Positions 1 to 10,915 of a stretch of 64,000 bases of DNA are shown one piece after another (within the stretch, counting starts at the first letter, position 1; the number at the start of each line of letters is the position of its first letter). This DNA comes from Planctomycetota bacterium (GTDB lineage: Bacteria; Planctomycetota; Planctomycetia; JALXBF01). The position numbers and the translations under genes were made by a program. The notes under the pieces were generated by a model. It was given only the letters and a program-made list of their open reading frames with translations, was not told the DNA's origin and ran no database searches. Location of the stretch: NCBI GenBank assembly GCA_026991575.1, contig JALXBF010000116.1, forward strand, positions 64,495 to 128,494, in the 5' to 3' direction.

Positions 1-1
1 C

Positions 2-688
2 ACGCGGCTCCCGCTACCTCACTCGCGGGAGACCGTGCTTGGTTTCTTCGCCAGCCTCCAGAAGGCACTGCCTGCGTTGAAGCAGCTCAGTCTCGCCGAC
101 AACGCCATCGCCCTGGAGACCGACAAGAACGATCCCTACTATCGCTGGGTGGTTCTACAGCAGGACCTGCTGGCCAGCGGTTGCACCGACCTGGAGGAGC
201 TAACTAGCGCGATGGCACAACACGAAGTCGTGCTCAACCTTGCGCCCTACCACCTCTCTATCAACCACCTCGACGTCCACTCCCTGGACGTCAGTCTCGG
301 CTTTGATTTCGTGTACCCGGGCAATCACCATGAGCTGATCGCCGAGGCGCTGGGGGGCAGCTTGCTGGAAGCCCGTGCCCTGCAACTAAGTCGGGCCAGG
401 ATCGTCGGCTTCGCGCCAGAAGTGAAATTTGCCCTGGACGACGAAGGGCAACTGGTTTGTTCGGTTGCCCTGGAGCCGCGCGGCTCTGTCAGTGAGATCT
501 GTCAGGGCCAGGCGCCGTCCGAGCCACTGGGCGTCTGGTTGGCCGTCCGCCGCAAAGGCCCGTTCGAGCCTGGCATCCCCTTCACCGACGTGCTCAAGGA
601 GCTGTCCGAGCGCGTCTTTGAGCTGGCGGACAGTTTCTTCATTCCGGCCTTCGTCGAACCGCTCGCCCGAGAAATCGCCTCGCGGTAG
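2..688 (+). CDS. Conserved hypothetical protein, probably 5'-truncated by the window edge
   Basis: Frame is open from position 2 (TRLPLPHSRETVLGFF...). Sequence resembles a planctomycete-conserved hypothetical family from memory. Lies 19 nt upstream of the aminotransferase. Confidence 0.7.
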   Translation, partial: TRLPLPHSRETVLGFFASLQKALPALKQLSLADNAIALETDKNDPYYRWVVLQQDLLASGCTDLEELTSAMAQHEVVLNLAPYHLSINHLDVHSLDVSLGFDFVYPGNHHELIAEALGGSLLEARALQLSRARIVGFAPEVKFALDDEGQLVCSVALEPRGSVSEICQGQAPSEPLGVWLAVRRKGPFEPGIPFTDVLKELSERVFELADSFFIPAFVEPLAREIASR

Positions 689-707
689 TACCTGGAGACA
701 AGCCCCG

Positions 708-1967
708 GTGACCGTTCGGCCTAGTGCGTTCGCCCGGTCCGTTCAGCCTGAGACCGCCTTCACCGTGCTGGCCCGCGCACGCGAGCTGAAGGCGGCAGGC
801 AAGGAGATTGTTGAACTAGAAATCGGCGACAGCCCTTTTCCGACCACCGCCCACGCACGCGCTGCCGGACTGGCCGCAATCGAGCGCGGGGAAACCTTCT
901 ACGGCCCCTCACAGGGGCTGCCGGAATTCCGAGCGGCGGCGGCTCGGTTCGTCGCCGAGGAATTCGGCATCGATGCCAACCCGGACCGGATCGTCGCCGG
1001 CCATGGGGCGAAGGTGTTCGAGGTCCTATTTGCCGAGGCGTTTATCGATCCGGGCGATGGCGTTCTCGTGTTTTCACCCCAGTTCCCCACGTATGTCCCG
1101 AACCTTGCCAAACGTGGCGCGGACGTCGTACTCGCCCCCCTGGACGAAGCGCGCCACTTCCGCCCGGATCCAGAACAGGTAGCACGATTCCTGAGCAGCC
1201 ACCCCCGCCCGCGAGCCATCTTCCTCAACTCGCCCCACAACCCGACCGGGGCAGTAGCAACGGCCGAGGATCTGGCCGCCTTGGCCGACCTGGTCCGTGG
1301 CACGGACGTGGTCATCTTTAGCGATGAGCCCTACTGCCACATGGTCTGGGAGGGGCAGCACCGCTCGATTCTGGCCGAGCCGGGCATGTGGGATCACGCC
1401 GTGGCGGTGTACACGTTCTCGAAGTCGTACAGCATGAGCGGCTGGCGACTTGGGTTCGCCGTCCTGAACGAGCAGTACGCTGAGCTATTCACGCGCCTGA
1501 TCAACGTCTCGCTCTCGTGTGTCCCCCCGTTCGTGCAGCGGGCAGGAATTGCAGCCCTGCAACGAGATCGGGACGAGCGGGACCGGAACATGGCAAGGTT
1601 CCGGCAAAAGGTTGCTCGCCTCGTGCGGGGCCTCCAGCAGATCGACGGCGTGCGAGTTACGCCTCCGCGCGGTACGTTCTACGTGTTCGCAAATGTGAAG
1701 ACGCTGTGCAACCGCTACGGCATCACCTCCCACGGACTGGCATCCTACCTGCTGGAAGGTGCCTCCGATTCGTTCGGCGTCGCCTGCCTCGGAGGGGAAT
1801 GCTTCGGCGAAGCTGGGGCAGGCTACCTGCGCTTTAGCTGCGCAGAGACGGACGAGCGGATCGAACAGGCCATTCGGTTCATAGGGGAAGCAGTCTCAGA
1901 CAGCAGCCGCATCGAACGTTATCTGGCCGAGCACGGGTCCTATCGGCTGACGCAACCTTACGACTGA
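708..1967 (+). CDS. PLP-dependent aminotransferase class I/II (aspartate aminotransferase-like)
   Basis: Motifs LEIGDSPF, YGPSQGLPEFR, NSPHNPTG, SDEPY, TFSKSYSMSGWRLG (PLP lysine). GTG start at 708 after GGAG. Confidence 0.92.
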   Translation: MTVRPSAFARSVQPETAFTVLARARELKAAGKEIVELEIGDSPFPTTAHARAAGLAAIERGETFYGPSQGLPEFRAAAARFVAEEFGIDANPDRIVAGHGAKVFEVLFAEAFIDPGDGVLVFSPQFPTYVPNLAKRGADVVLAPLDEARHFRPDPEQVARFLSSHPRPRAIFLNSPHNPTGAVATAEDLAALADLVRGTDVVIFSDEPYCHMVWEGQHRSILAEPGMWDHAVAVYTFSKSYSMSGWRLGFAVLNEQYAELFTRLINVSLSCVPPFVQRAGIAALQRDRDERDRNMARFRQKVARLVRGLQQIDGVRVTPPRGTFYVFANVKTLCNRYGITSHGLASYLLEGASDSFGVACLGGECFGEAGAGYLRFSCAETDERIEQAIRFIGEAVSDSSRIERYLAEHGSYRLTQPYD

Positions 1968-4900
1968 GCGACACGGGTCCGCCGCCGGCGGCCGCTGCGT
2001 CGCTCAGTTTTCCGCCGCGGCTTCCCTGCACGGCCCCCTGCTTCCCTGGTCGGCACATCCAGGCACGTCACGTGGACCTGGTCGGCACGGATCGTCCTCT
2101 CGGCTAACTCCAGGAGGTGCTCGTGGTGGGTGAAGAAGATGACTTGTGTCTCCAGCGCAACATTGGCCAGCAGCTCCAGCGTCCGCGCGGCGCGCCGGTC
2201 ATCGAAATTCACGAGCAGGTCGTCAAGGAGCACCGGCACCGGGCCGCGCTCGCGGACAAAGTTGCGAATAGCTGCCAATCGCAGCGCCAGGAAAAGCTGG
2301 TCCCGCGTGCCGTCACTGAGTTCCTCTACCCCTACCCGATCTTCAGGTGCCTCTGAGGCTCGCAGTGCGACGAGCGCCTCGCCGTCCGGTTCAACCCTCG
2401 TATAGCTGCCACAGGTCATCTCCCTGAAGAACTCTGACGCATTCCGCCAGAACTGCGCGTCGGCCCGCTCGCGGTACTTGTCGACAAGCCGGTCGAACAG
2501 TGTTAGAGCCGCCCGCATGACGATGTACTCGTGAGCCGCATCGAGCGCTTCGGCCAGCGCCCCTTCAGCCTGCTGTGCAATGGCTGCCGCCTGGTCCCCG
2601 GCCTGCTCCAGCGCTCGAAACTGCTCTTCGGCGCGGGTAAGCTCAGCCTGGGCCTCGTAGATTTCCTGCTCCAGCCGCTGCAGCTCGTGCGCGAGCTGCT
2701 CCATTTCAGCGTCCAGCTCCGCTTTGTCCCTCGTAGCAAGCTCTGCCACCAAGCTCGCGGCGTCCTGCGCTGGAGCTAACTCCTCTATCTGGCTGGCCAA
2801 CGCGTCCAGCTCGGCTTGAAGCTGGCTTTTTTGGATGATCGCCTCCAGCGCTTCGACTAGCTCCTTCGCTCCGGCCAAGCCCAGTTTCGCCGCGTGCTCG
2901 GTAAGCACGCCGTCAATCCGTTCCAGCGCGCGGCCTGCTTCGTCGAGCGTGGCCGCCAGCTCCGCTGCCGCTTTCCGCCGCTCCTGCTGTTCTGCGCGCA
3001 AGCGAGCGACCTCCTTGCAAGCGCTCTGCAGCGTGTCCAGTCGACTCGTCAGTTTGCCGCGTCCCAGGTACTGGCCCAAGCCACCAGGGCCGCCGATCCG
3101 GTCCACTTCCAGCCAGAACTCCTTCAAGGTACGTGCTTCCGGTCGGAAGTCGTCGTAACTGCGCTTCCAGACCTCCCAGCGGCGCACCAGCCGCTGAAGC
3201 ACGCCCAGCACTGCAGCCACCGCTGCCGGATCCTCCGGTTCGGCCGCCCCTAGGGGCTCCAGCAGCCTCTGCAACTCTTGCACGAGCCGTCGGTAGTCCG
3301 CCTCTGCACGCGCCCGCTCCGCCTCCGCGGCGGCTAGCTCCCGGTTGGCGGCTTCCAGCTCCAGCCGTATCCGCTCGTGGCGGGCTGCCCGTTCCTCGTG
3401 CTTCTCCAGGTCGCGATCCATGGCTTCCAAGTCGGTACGTAGTCGCGCAAGCGATTCGAAGCTTTCAGGGCCGTCGAACGCTACCTCAAGTTCCTGAAGC
3501 GCCGGGGTCAGCCGCGCCACGGTCTCGCTGAGGCGAGCCTGTGCATCCTGCAGCGACTCCGCTTGCCGGAGTGCTTCCGTAAACGTGCGCAACCACGCGT
3601 CGGCCTCGTCGAGCTGGACCGATTCCGGGATGATCGTCTCCCTGGTTAGCCTGCACCATTCGTCGATGATTTCACGCGCCTCGGTTTCGCAAGCATTCAG
3701 CTCCTTGTGCTGGCGTTCGATCTCGGCGGCGATCTCTTGATAGCGCCTGTCTGCAGCCGCCAGCCGCTCTGCTGCCCGGATTGCTTCGCACAGTCCGTCG
3801 CTGAGGAGATCCACCTTTGCAACCTGTTGCTTTAGCTTCGCAAGGAGTTCGCGTGCCGCGTCGAGCTGCTCACTAAGCCGGTTCGCCGAGGCCTCGCCTG
3901 CCTGCGGTGGTGTCAGCGCCCGGTCCAGGCGGCGCAGCAACTCGTCCCGGTTCGCCCGCTCTTCCAGCAGCACGTCCCGCGTCACCATCCCCTGGCTGCC
4001 ACGCAGTCTGACAATCTCCCGCTCCGGCCCCTTCAGCTCCTGATCCAGCCGACTCAGCTGGTCGTTGATCTCAGCCTTCTTGCGCCGCAGGGAACCGAGG
4101 CGGTCGTGCAACTGCTCGATACGTCTCTGCACATGGACCGGCAAGCCAACGATTTGCTCGGCGTTCGTCTCTTCGGGTAGTTCCAAGCGGGCAAGCACGG
4201 CAGCTAACTTGCGGCGGTGCTGCTGGACCTGCTCTAGCTGCTGCCAGACCTCGTCCAGTCGCACTAGGGCATTAGAAAGCTGCCGTCGGCGGTGCTGAAC
4301 CGCCTTGGGATCGAGAGCTGAACCACAGGCGGCCAGCCGTTGCTCAAGCTGCTCCTGTCTCCTTTTCGCCTGCTCGTGCCGTTGCCGCGCGGCGATGACG
4401 GCCTGCACCGGAGCGTACTTGGTCGCCGTATCCTCCGGCCACTGGCGAGCAAGCTCCTCCAGATAGGCGAGCGCCCGACGGAACGGAATAGGCTTTACGC
4501 CTAGCTGCTGCAGGTCGGCGCGCAGCTCGCGGGCAATTCCCCGTAACCTCTGGGCCGTTGCTGGCAGCGACTTTGCCAGCCCAGCTGCCACAGTGGCACG
4601 GCTGATGAGCGGCTCGAGCTCGTCGGTCGGAACGCCCGCCAGCGAGCGTCTCAGGGGGGACGCACTGAGGCGGTTCTCGAGCTCTTGGAGCTGGCTCTTG
4701 TGGACCAGGAACTGCTCGCGAAGCGTGTCGATTCGCTCTTGCAATCGCTTTCGGTCGACACAGAGCTGACGCAGTCGGTTGCAAAGCGTCTCGGAAGCGG
4801 TCGGCACCCCGGCCAGCTGGTCGAACTTTCGCTGGAGGTCACGGTATCTCTGCGCCAGATCGAGCAGGAGGCGTTCTGCCCTGGCCTTGTCGAGTTGCTG

Positions 4901-5593
4901 CTGGAGCGCCCCCCTCCTGGCACGCAGCTGCTCGACAACGTCTTTCTGCTTCTCGACCCGTTGCCGCGCCTCGGTCCATACCTTGAAATCGAGCTGCGCC
5001 CGCCGTGCCTCACGCTTTCGCTCGGCGATTTCGCCCAACAGTTTGTTGATCTTTGGGTTCCTGGCACGGGGCTTGAACAGCGCGTCCAGCTCCGCCATGA
5101 GCTTCTGGCGGATCTCCTCGACGTGCAGCAGGCCGGCTGCTGCCCCAAGAAGCACGGGACCGGTCCGGCCCTTAGCACGTCCGATCTCCGCGCCCCCCTG
5201 CCGCAGGATGGTATGGTCCAGGCAAAAGATGTGCTCGTAGTCCTCCTTGGACAAGTGATGCAGCAACCGGGCCAGGTCATCTGTCGTGAACGGGTCGGTG
5301 GTACCGATCGGCTCCGGTTCGCGTCGCGAAGCGGTTCGCCGGAGGTGCCACTCCCGACCGCTTCCATCGACCAGATGCACGACCACGGCGGCCTTCTGCC
5401 GTCCGAAGACCGACGTGTCCGGATCGTCCCGCGTCTGGAAGCCGAACAGGAACTTCAGCACAGCCCGCCGCGCCGTGCTCTTGCCGGCCTCGTTTGGTCC
5501 GTAGATGAGGTTCAGCTTCCCCCGGCCGGCAAGCTCGATCACCTGTTGCGGGAACACTCCGAAACGATGCAGTTCCAGCCGCCTGATTTCCAT
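1958..5593 (-). CDS. YhaN/SbcE-like AAA ATPase (SMC/Rad50-like coiled coil)
   Basis: Walker A GPNEAGKST, LFKPRARNPKIN motif, long coiled coil, signature LSDGTRDQLFLALRLA, Walker B LLDDLLVNFDD, FFTHH. Confidence 0.88.
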   Translation of the reverse strand: MEIRRLELHRFGVFPQQVIELAGRGKLNLIYGPNEAGKSTARRAVLKFLFGFQTRDDPDTSVFGRQKAAVVVHLVDGSGREWHLRRTASRREPEPIGTTDPFTTDDLARLLHHLSKEDYEHIFCLDHTILRQGGAEIGRAKGRTGPVLLGAAAGLLHVEEIRQKLMAELDALFKPRARNPKINKLLGEIAERKREARRAQLDFKVWTEARQRVEKQKDVVEQLRARRGALQQQLDKARAERLLLDLAQRYRDLQRKFDQLAGVPTASETLCNRLRQLCVDRKRLQERIDTLREQFLVHKSQLQELENRLSASPLRRSLAGVPTDELEPLISRATVAAGLAKSLPATAQRLRGIARELRADLQQLGVKPIPFRRALAYLEELARQWPEDTATKYAPVQAVIAARQRHEQAKRRQEQLEQRLAACGSALDPKAVQHRRRQLSNALVRLDEVWQQLEQVQQHRRKLAAVLARLELPEETNAEQIVGLPVHVQRRIEQLHDRLGSLRRKKAEINDQLSRLDQELKGPEREIVRLRGSQGMVTRDVLLEERANRDELLRRLDRALTPPQAGEASANRLSEQLDAARELLAKLKQQVAKVDLLSDGLCEAIRAAERLAAADRRYQEIAAEIERQHKELNACETEAREIIDEWCRLTRETIIPESVQLDEADAWLRTFTEALRQAESLQDAQARLSETVARLTPALQELEVAFDGPESFESLARLRTDLEAMDRDLEKHEERAARHERIRLELEAANRELAAAEAERARAEADYRRLVQELQRLLEPLGAAEPEDPAAVAAVLGVLQRLVRRWEVWKRSYDDFRPEARTLKEFWLEVDRIGGPGGLGQYLGRGKLTSRLDTLQSACKEVARLRAEQQERRKAAAELAATLDEAGRALERIDGVLTEHAAKLGLAGAKELVEALEAIIQKSQLQAELDALASQIEELAPAQDAASLVAELATRDKAELDAEMEQLAHELQRLEQEIYEAQAELTRAEEQFRALEQAGDQAAAIAQQAEGALAEALDAAHEYIVMRAALTLFDRLVDKYRERADAQFWRNASEFFREMTCGSYTRVEPDGEALVALRASEAPEDRVGVEELSDGTRDQLFLALRLAAIRNFVRERGPVPVLLDDLLVNFDDRRAARTLELLANVALETQVIFFTHHEHLLELAERTIRADQVHVTCLDVPTREAGGRAGKPRRKTERRSGRRRRTRVAQS

Positions 5594-5633
5594 CGTCCTC
5601 TCTCGCTGTCGCGCCGGCCGCTGAGAGCAGCCG

Positions 5634-6887
5634 CTAGGCTTCCCTCAAGAGCGCGTCCAAATAGGCACGAGCGGATAGTAGCAGTTCCCTGCCCGTCTGC
5701 TCACGCCACCACTGCTCCACACGCTCGGGATCCATGACTCTGGCCAGTCCCCTGCGCAGTGCGTCGATTTCTTTGCTGCCCACCAACTCCGTGATCTCCT
5801 GTTGCGCAATGGCGTTCTCGCTGGTCAGCTCGGCAAGCAGCTCTTGCCAGATCGCGCCGACCGTGCCCCGGCGCTCGGGCAGCTGCGTCTGCACCCGGAT
5901 GTCTTCGATCCAGACGCTTTCGGAGAGCTGCTGCGCAAGTTGGCGCGCCTCGGCTTTGAGTCGGCTCCGGCCGAGGCGAAGCTGCCCGTCCAAAGCGGTC
6001 GCTCCGGCCAGCACGACGCGAACCGCAAGAAGCTCTTCCTCTACCACGCTGGAAACCGCTTCCGACAGCCGCTGCTCGATGCGGTCCAACACGTCGCTGA
6101 ACTGGCGTGCGTCTGTAACGGGAACGTTGAGCAGTTCCCATCGAATCTTGTGGGTCAGCAGCCGCTGAAGGCGGACGTTGCCGGCTGCGTCGATGTCAAC
6201 CAGCACGGCTCCTTTCGGCCCTGTTTCTCGGATGTGCCTGCCCTGCGTGTTGCCTGCAAAGACCACGCGGCCGTCGGTACCCTGAACCACTTCAAACTGG
6301 TGCACGTGCCCCAGGGCCCAGTAGTGGTAGCCTTTCTCGAGCAGATGATCCGGGTGACAGGGGGCGTAAGGCTCATGCCCCTCACGGCCGTTTAGCGCCG
6401 TGTGCAGCAGTCCGACGTTGATCATCCCTTGCTCGGCGGCCGGATAATGGGCAGCTAGGTTCCGGTCCATGCGGGCTGTCGCATAGCTCTGGCCATGCAC
6501 GACGAGGTCATACTTCGGGAAGCGGACCGACTCGGGCTTCTCATGCTGCAGGATGTAGCAGTGCTCCGGCGGACGCAGGCCGCGCGTGATGCGATGCGCT
6601 GCGTCATGGTTACCGCGAATGCAGACGACTGGGATACCTTCGCGGATGAGCCGGCCGATCTGCTGCAGGAAGAACAGACCGGTGTTCCAGTCCTGCCAGT
6701 CCCCCTCGTAGATGTCGCCCGCAATGATGACCACGTGCACCTGGTGGTCGAGCGCAAGCTCGACCATCCGCGCAAGCGCGTCGCGCGTGGCCCGTGCGGG
6801 ATCATAGTCGGGGGCACCAGGATAGCGCTGTAGCCCCCGTAAGCGGCTGTCAAGATGTAGATCGGCGGCGTGCAGGATCCGTGTCAT
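5634..6887 (-). CDS. YhaO/SbcD/Mre11-like DNA repair exonuclease (metallophosphoesterase)
   Basis: HAADLHLD, IAGDIYE, GNHD, LLHT, YWALGHVH, GNTQGRH motifs. Directly upstream of the YhaN-like ATPase. Confidence 0.9.
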   Translation of the reverse strand: MTRILHAADLHLDSRLRGLQRYPGAPDYDPARATRDALARMVELALDHQVHVVIIAGDIYEGDWQDWNTGLFFLQQIGRLIREGIPVVCIRGNHDAAHRITRGLRPPEHCYILQHEKPESVRFPKYDLVVHGQSYATARMDRNLAAHYPAAEQGMINVGLLHTALNGREGHEPYAPCHPDHLLEKGYHYWALGHVHQFEVVQGTDGRVVFAGNTQGRHIRETGPKGAVLVDIDAAGNVRLQRLLTHKIRWELLNVPVTDARQFSDVLDRIEQRLSEAVSSVVEEELLAVRVVLAGATALDGQLRLGRSRLKAEARQLAQQLSESVWIEDIRVQTQLPERRGTVGAIWQELLAELTSENAIAQQEITELVGSKEIDALRRGLARVMDPERVEQWWREQTGRELLLSARAYLDALLREA

Positions 6888-7043
6888 GCCCCCGTACCGC
6901 TGTCAACGCGTGCGCTGCAGTTCCAACGCCGAGCGGTGGCCCATCCGTTCTGGATGATACTACGCCTGCAAGCGCGCAAAGGAAAACGGAGCACGCGCCC
7001 GGCAGCGCCTGCTCCGTATCTTGCTCGCCTGCGGGTGACTGGT

Positions 7044-8192
7044 CTAGCCCCGTTGCGCCAGCGGCACGTAGCGGCGCTCGGCAGGGCCGACGTACGCGGC
7101 ACGGGGCCGGATGATCCGATTGTCCGCCTGCTGCTCCAGAATGTGTGCCGTCCAACCTGCGGTCCGGCTCGACGCGAACACGCACGTGAACAGATCCCAC
7201 GGAATCCCTAACGACGCTTCGACAACCGCCGCGTAGTAGTCCACGTTGCAGGCAAGCTGCTTTTCCTGCTTCATGATGTTTTCGACTTCAAGGGCAATGT
7301 CGTACAGCTTTGACTTGCCCGACCGTTCGGCAAGCTGCTTGGCCCACTCACGCAGGTGCGTAGCCCGCGGGTCTTCGACCTTGTAGACCCGGTGCCCAAA
7401 GCCCATGATCTTCTCTTTGCGTGCCAGTCGCTCCTTGATGTAGCTCTCGGCGTTCTTCACATCGCCGATTTCCTCCAGCATCAGGTACACCCGCGGGGCA
7501 GCACCGCCGTGCAGGGGTCCCTTCAACGCGCCGATCGCTCCCGTGACCGCCGAGTAGGTATCCGAGAGCGTGGAGGCGATGACACGGCCGGTGAAGGTGC
7601 TTGCGTTGAAGCCGTGCTCGGCATGGAGCACGAAAACCAGGTCCATCGCGCGAGCCTCTACCTCGTCAGGCTTGCGACCGTTGAGCATGTAGAAGAAGTT
7701 GGCCGCATGGCCCAGCTCTGGGTCGGGATCGACGATCTCTTCGCCAAGCCGGGTGCGGTGGATGGCGGCAACCAGCGTCGGGACCTTGGCCGTCAGCCGG
7801 ATCGCCTTGCGGTAGTTCGCCTCCATGCTGTTGTCCTCAGCCTCGGCGTCGAACGGAGCGAGTGCCGAGACGGCGGTGCGCAGCGTTACCATCGGCAACG
7901 CGTCCTTCGGTTGCCGGCGGACTAGGTCGAGCACGTCGTGCGGAACCGCGCGCTCCTGCGTCAGCTGGCCGCGCACCTTTTCCAGCTCACTCTGCGTGGG
8001 CAGCTCCCCGTTCCAGAGCAGGTAGGCCGTCTCCTCGAACGTGGAGCGCTCGGCCAGATCGTGGATGTTGTAACCCCGGTACAGCAGCTTGCCTTGCAAG
8101 CCGTCGATGAAGCAGATGCTGCTTTCTGCGGCGATAACGTTCTCCAACCCTTTGGCAACCGGGGCCGTCGTGTTCGGTTGTGTCTGGCTCAT
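7044..8192 (-). CDS. gltA: Citrate synthase
   Basis: KGLENVIA, LLYRGY, HAEHGFNASTF, GPLHGGA, MGFGHRVY, NVDYY, IIRPRA. Start chosen at MSQTQP; 8216 is an alternative. Confidence 0.93.
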   Translation of the reverse strand: MSQTQPNTTAPVAKGLENVIAAESSICFIDGLQGKLLYRGYNIHDLAERSTFEETAYLLWNGELPTQSELEKVRGQLTQERAVPHDVLDLVRRQPKDALPMVTLRTAVSALAPFDAEAEDNSMEANYRKAIRLTAKVPTLVAAIHRTRLGEEIVDPDPELGHAANFFYMLNGRKPDEVEARAMDLVFVLHAEHGFNASTFTGRVIASTLSDTYSAVTGAIGALKGPLHGGAAPRVYLMLEEIGDVKNAESYIKERLARKEKIMGFGHRVYKVEDPRATHLREWAKQLAERSGKSKLYDIALEVENIMKQEKQLACNVDYYAAVVEASLGIPWDLFTCVFASSRTAGWTAHILEQQADNRIIRPRAAYVGPAERRYVPLAQRG

Positions 8193-8657
8193 GAGGCCCT
8201 CCACCTGTTCAGCCATACCGTTCGCACCAGAACCGCCGCATCCGGCCCAGCAAAGTTTGTGCCAGCTGGCGGGCGAAGACCCCGGAAGTATACCACGCGG
8301 CAGCCGTGACGCAAACCACCAGCCGGCCCCAACAGTCGCAGCAACAGAGGCTGGCGTGGTCCTGCCGATTGGCAAAACAGGGCAAACCAGCCGTGCCGTC
8401 GGCCACGCTACTGCGGCCGCCATGGCCTCCGGCGGCGACGTCCATTCTAGGCAAACTGCCGCCAGCTGCAGCTACCCTCCTGAAGCACGCTTTCGGCGAA
8501 CACCTGTAAGCACCGTTAAGCCCCGGCTCCTGCAAGGCACCAACACCAGATCGTCTCCAGCCATGCTGGCGTTGCCCGACTCCAGCCATTGTGCTAGCGT
8601 GATCGCGCGGTTTGTGTCGATGGGAACGTTCGAACGCACGGAGAAACGGACGCCAAC

Positions 8658-10610
8658 GTGGAGCCGATGGGGCCTTTCACGCAAGTCCTCCGCATGGTCC
8701 TGCAATACCGGGGCCGATTGGTTACCGCCCTGATGTTCGCCGTACTGGGCGCCATCCTCTGGGGCGCGAACATCAGCGCAGTCTACCCGCTCATGGAGGT
8801 GCTCTTCCACGAGCAGAACGTCGAAACCTGGTTTGCGGCCAGGGCTCGGGAAGCCAACGAGCGGGCACAGGCATTGATTGAGAGCGGGACCGGGGACCCC
8901 GCGGTTGACGCGCAGGTCGCCGAGCTTCGGTGGAAAGCGCGCTTCTACCGGCAGGCAGCTCGGTTTGCCGCGACCCATCTGCCCGAGGGCCGCTTTGAAA
9001 CGCTCGTGCTCGTTGTCGTCCTTTCGCTTGTGGGCATGACCCTGGCAGGCATCTGCCGGTTCCTGAACGAACTGCTTGTTGGCAACATCACCCAGCGGGC
9101 CATGTACGACCTGCGCCGCCACTTCTACTTCCGCGTCCTGCGGTTGGACCTGGCGCACTTCAGCCGGGACGGTTCGGCTGAACTCATGGCCCGCCTCACG
9201 AACGACATGGAAGCCATCGCCAACGGGCTGAAGATGCTGCTGGGCAAGGCGATCCGGGAACCGCTACGCATCGCCGCATGCATTGGCCTGGCTTGCTGGA
9301 TCAACTGGAAACTTACCCTGGTCACGTTGGTCATGGTTCCCGGCGTCGTGGCCCTGTTGAGCGCGATGACCGGGCGGCTACGTCGTGCCACGCGGCGGCA
9401 TCAAGAAGCGGTCGCCGACATGTACAAGGTGTTGCAGGAGACGTTCCAGTCGATCAAGCTGATCAAGGTTCTCCGCATGGAACCGCACGAGCGGCGTCGC
9501 TTCCTGACTGCCATCGGACGGTACTACCGCCGGGCTATGCGGATCGTGCTGATCGAGGCCGCTCTGCGACCGATGCTTGAGGTGGCTGCCATGGCTGCGG
9601 TGGCCGGCGGGCTGACGCTAGGCGGTTATCTGGTCATCACCGGCCAGACGACCGTGGCAGGTATCCGGTTGGCTGACGAACCAATGACCACCTCGTCACT
9701 GACGCTCGTCTACGCTGCGCTTCTGGGCATCATGGATCCGGTGCGTAAGCTGTCGAAGCTCTACGGCCGCGTCCAGGCTGCTCAGACCGCGGCCCAGCGT
9801 GTTTTTGAGTTCATGGCGCGGCGGCCAACGATCGATGTTCCGGTGCCCGGTGCCGTTGCCCTACCCCGCCACCAGGTGTCGATCGAATTCGACCATGTTT
9901 TCTTCGAGTACGTTCCTGGGGTGCCGATCCTGATCGACGTTTGCTTGGAGATTCCCCACGGGGAGGTGGTTGCGTTCGTTGGGCCGAATGGCTCGGGCAA
10001 GTCCACGCTGGTCTCGCTCGTGCCCCGCCTCTACGATCCGACTGCTGGAGCCGTACGCATCGATGGCCACGATCTGCGTGAGGTGAAGCTGCGTTCGCTA
10101 CGGGCGCAGATCGGGTTCGTAACCCAGGAGGTCGTGCTCTTTGACGACACGATCCTGGAAAACATCCGCTACGGGAAGCCGTGGGCGAGCGAGGAGGAGG
10201 TCTACGAGGCGGCGCGGCGGGCCTTCGTGGACCAGTTCGTGCATAGACTGCCCCAGGGTTACCAGACCAGAGTCGGTGAGCACGGCACCAGGCTTTCGGG
10301 GGGCCAACGGCAGCGGATCGCGCTAGCGCGCGCGATTCTCCGCGACCCAGCTATCGTTATCCTCGACGAAGCGACGTCCGCCGTGGATCCGGAGAGCAAG
10401 CGACTGATCCAGCAGGCATTGGCTGAGTTCTGCCGAGGGCGCACGGCACTGATCGTAACGCACCGGCTAGAAACGCTGGAATGGGTAGACCGTGTGGTCG
10501 TCATGGACCACGGGCGGATCGAAGCGGAGGGCCGGCCAGAGGAGGTGATGACTCGGTCGCGCGTGTTCGCGCGGCTCTGCGGCCCTGGGCAGCTCCGCAA
10601 GAGCGCCTGA
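8658..10610 (+). CDS. ABC exporter, fused permease/ATPase (MsbA-like)
   Basis: N-terminal TM domain, Walker A GPNGSGKST, LSGGQRQR, ILDEATSAVD, IVTHR. Confidence 0.92.
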   Translation: MEPMGPFTQVLRMVLQYRGRLVTALMFAVLGAILWGANISAVYPLMEVLFHEQNVETWFAARAREANERAQALIESGTGDPAVDAQVAELRWKARFYRQAARFAATHLPEGRFETLVLVVVLSLVGMTLAGICRFLNELLVGNITQRAMYDLRRHFYFRVLRLDLAHFSRDGSAELMARLTNDMEAIANGLKMLLGKAIREPLRIAACIGLACWINWKLTLVTLVMVPGVVALLSAMTGRLRRATRRHQEAVADMYKVLQETFQSIKLIKVLRMEPHERRRFLTAIGRYYRRAMRIVLIEAALRPMLEVAAMAAVAGGLTLGGYLVITGQTTVAGIRLADEPMTTSSLTLVYAALLGIMDPVRKLSKLYGRVQAAQTAAQRVFEFMARRPTIDVPVPGAVALPRHQVSIEFDHVFFEYVPGVPILIDVCLEIPHGEVVAFVGPNGSGKSTLVSLVPRLYDPTAGAVRIDGHDLREVKLRSLRAQIGFVTQEVVLFDDTILENIRYGKPWASEEEVYEAARRAFVDQFVHRLPQGYQTRVGEHGTRLSGGQRQRIALARAILRDPAIVILDEATSAVDPESKRLIQQALAEFCRGRTALIVTHRLETLEWVDRVVVMDHGRIEAEGRPEEVMTRSRVFARLCGPGQLRKSA

Positions 10611-10818
10611 GCCCGCCCGCCGGTACCCGCCTCGTGGCAGCGTCCTCTGCTGTTGCAAGCCCGCGTCCCCCAAGACCGACGGCGGCCGTCCCCTTGCACA
10701 TGCCCGAGACGTAGTCGGCACGCGTTGCCTGCGACATGGGCTCGCTTCCGGAACGCCCCGCCCCGACGGGCCGCTGGCGGCGGCGAGCCACGGTCATAGT
10801 GCACGCGGTGTAACGGTT

Positions 10819-10848
10819 TTGACACAAAAGAGGCGTATGTACGACAAT
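10819..10848 (+). promoter_or_regulatory. Possible sigma70 promoter for the DUF1549/DUF1501 operon
   Basis: TTGACA (10819-10824), 18-nt spacer, GACAAT (10843-10848) in an AT-richer patch. Confidence 0.4.
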
Positions 10849-10915
10849 ACGATGGACGTGGCGCTGCCGCGGGGTTGGTCAGCACGCAGTGGGGCGATGC
10901 CAAGGAGCGCGTTCG

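Noticed and set aside
1958-6887. Nuclease + SMC-like ATPase as a novel defence system
   Set aside because: Matches the known, widespread YhaO/YhaN DNA-repair pair.
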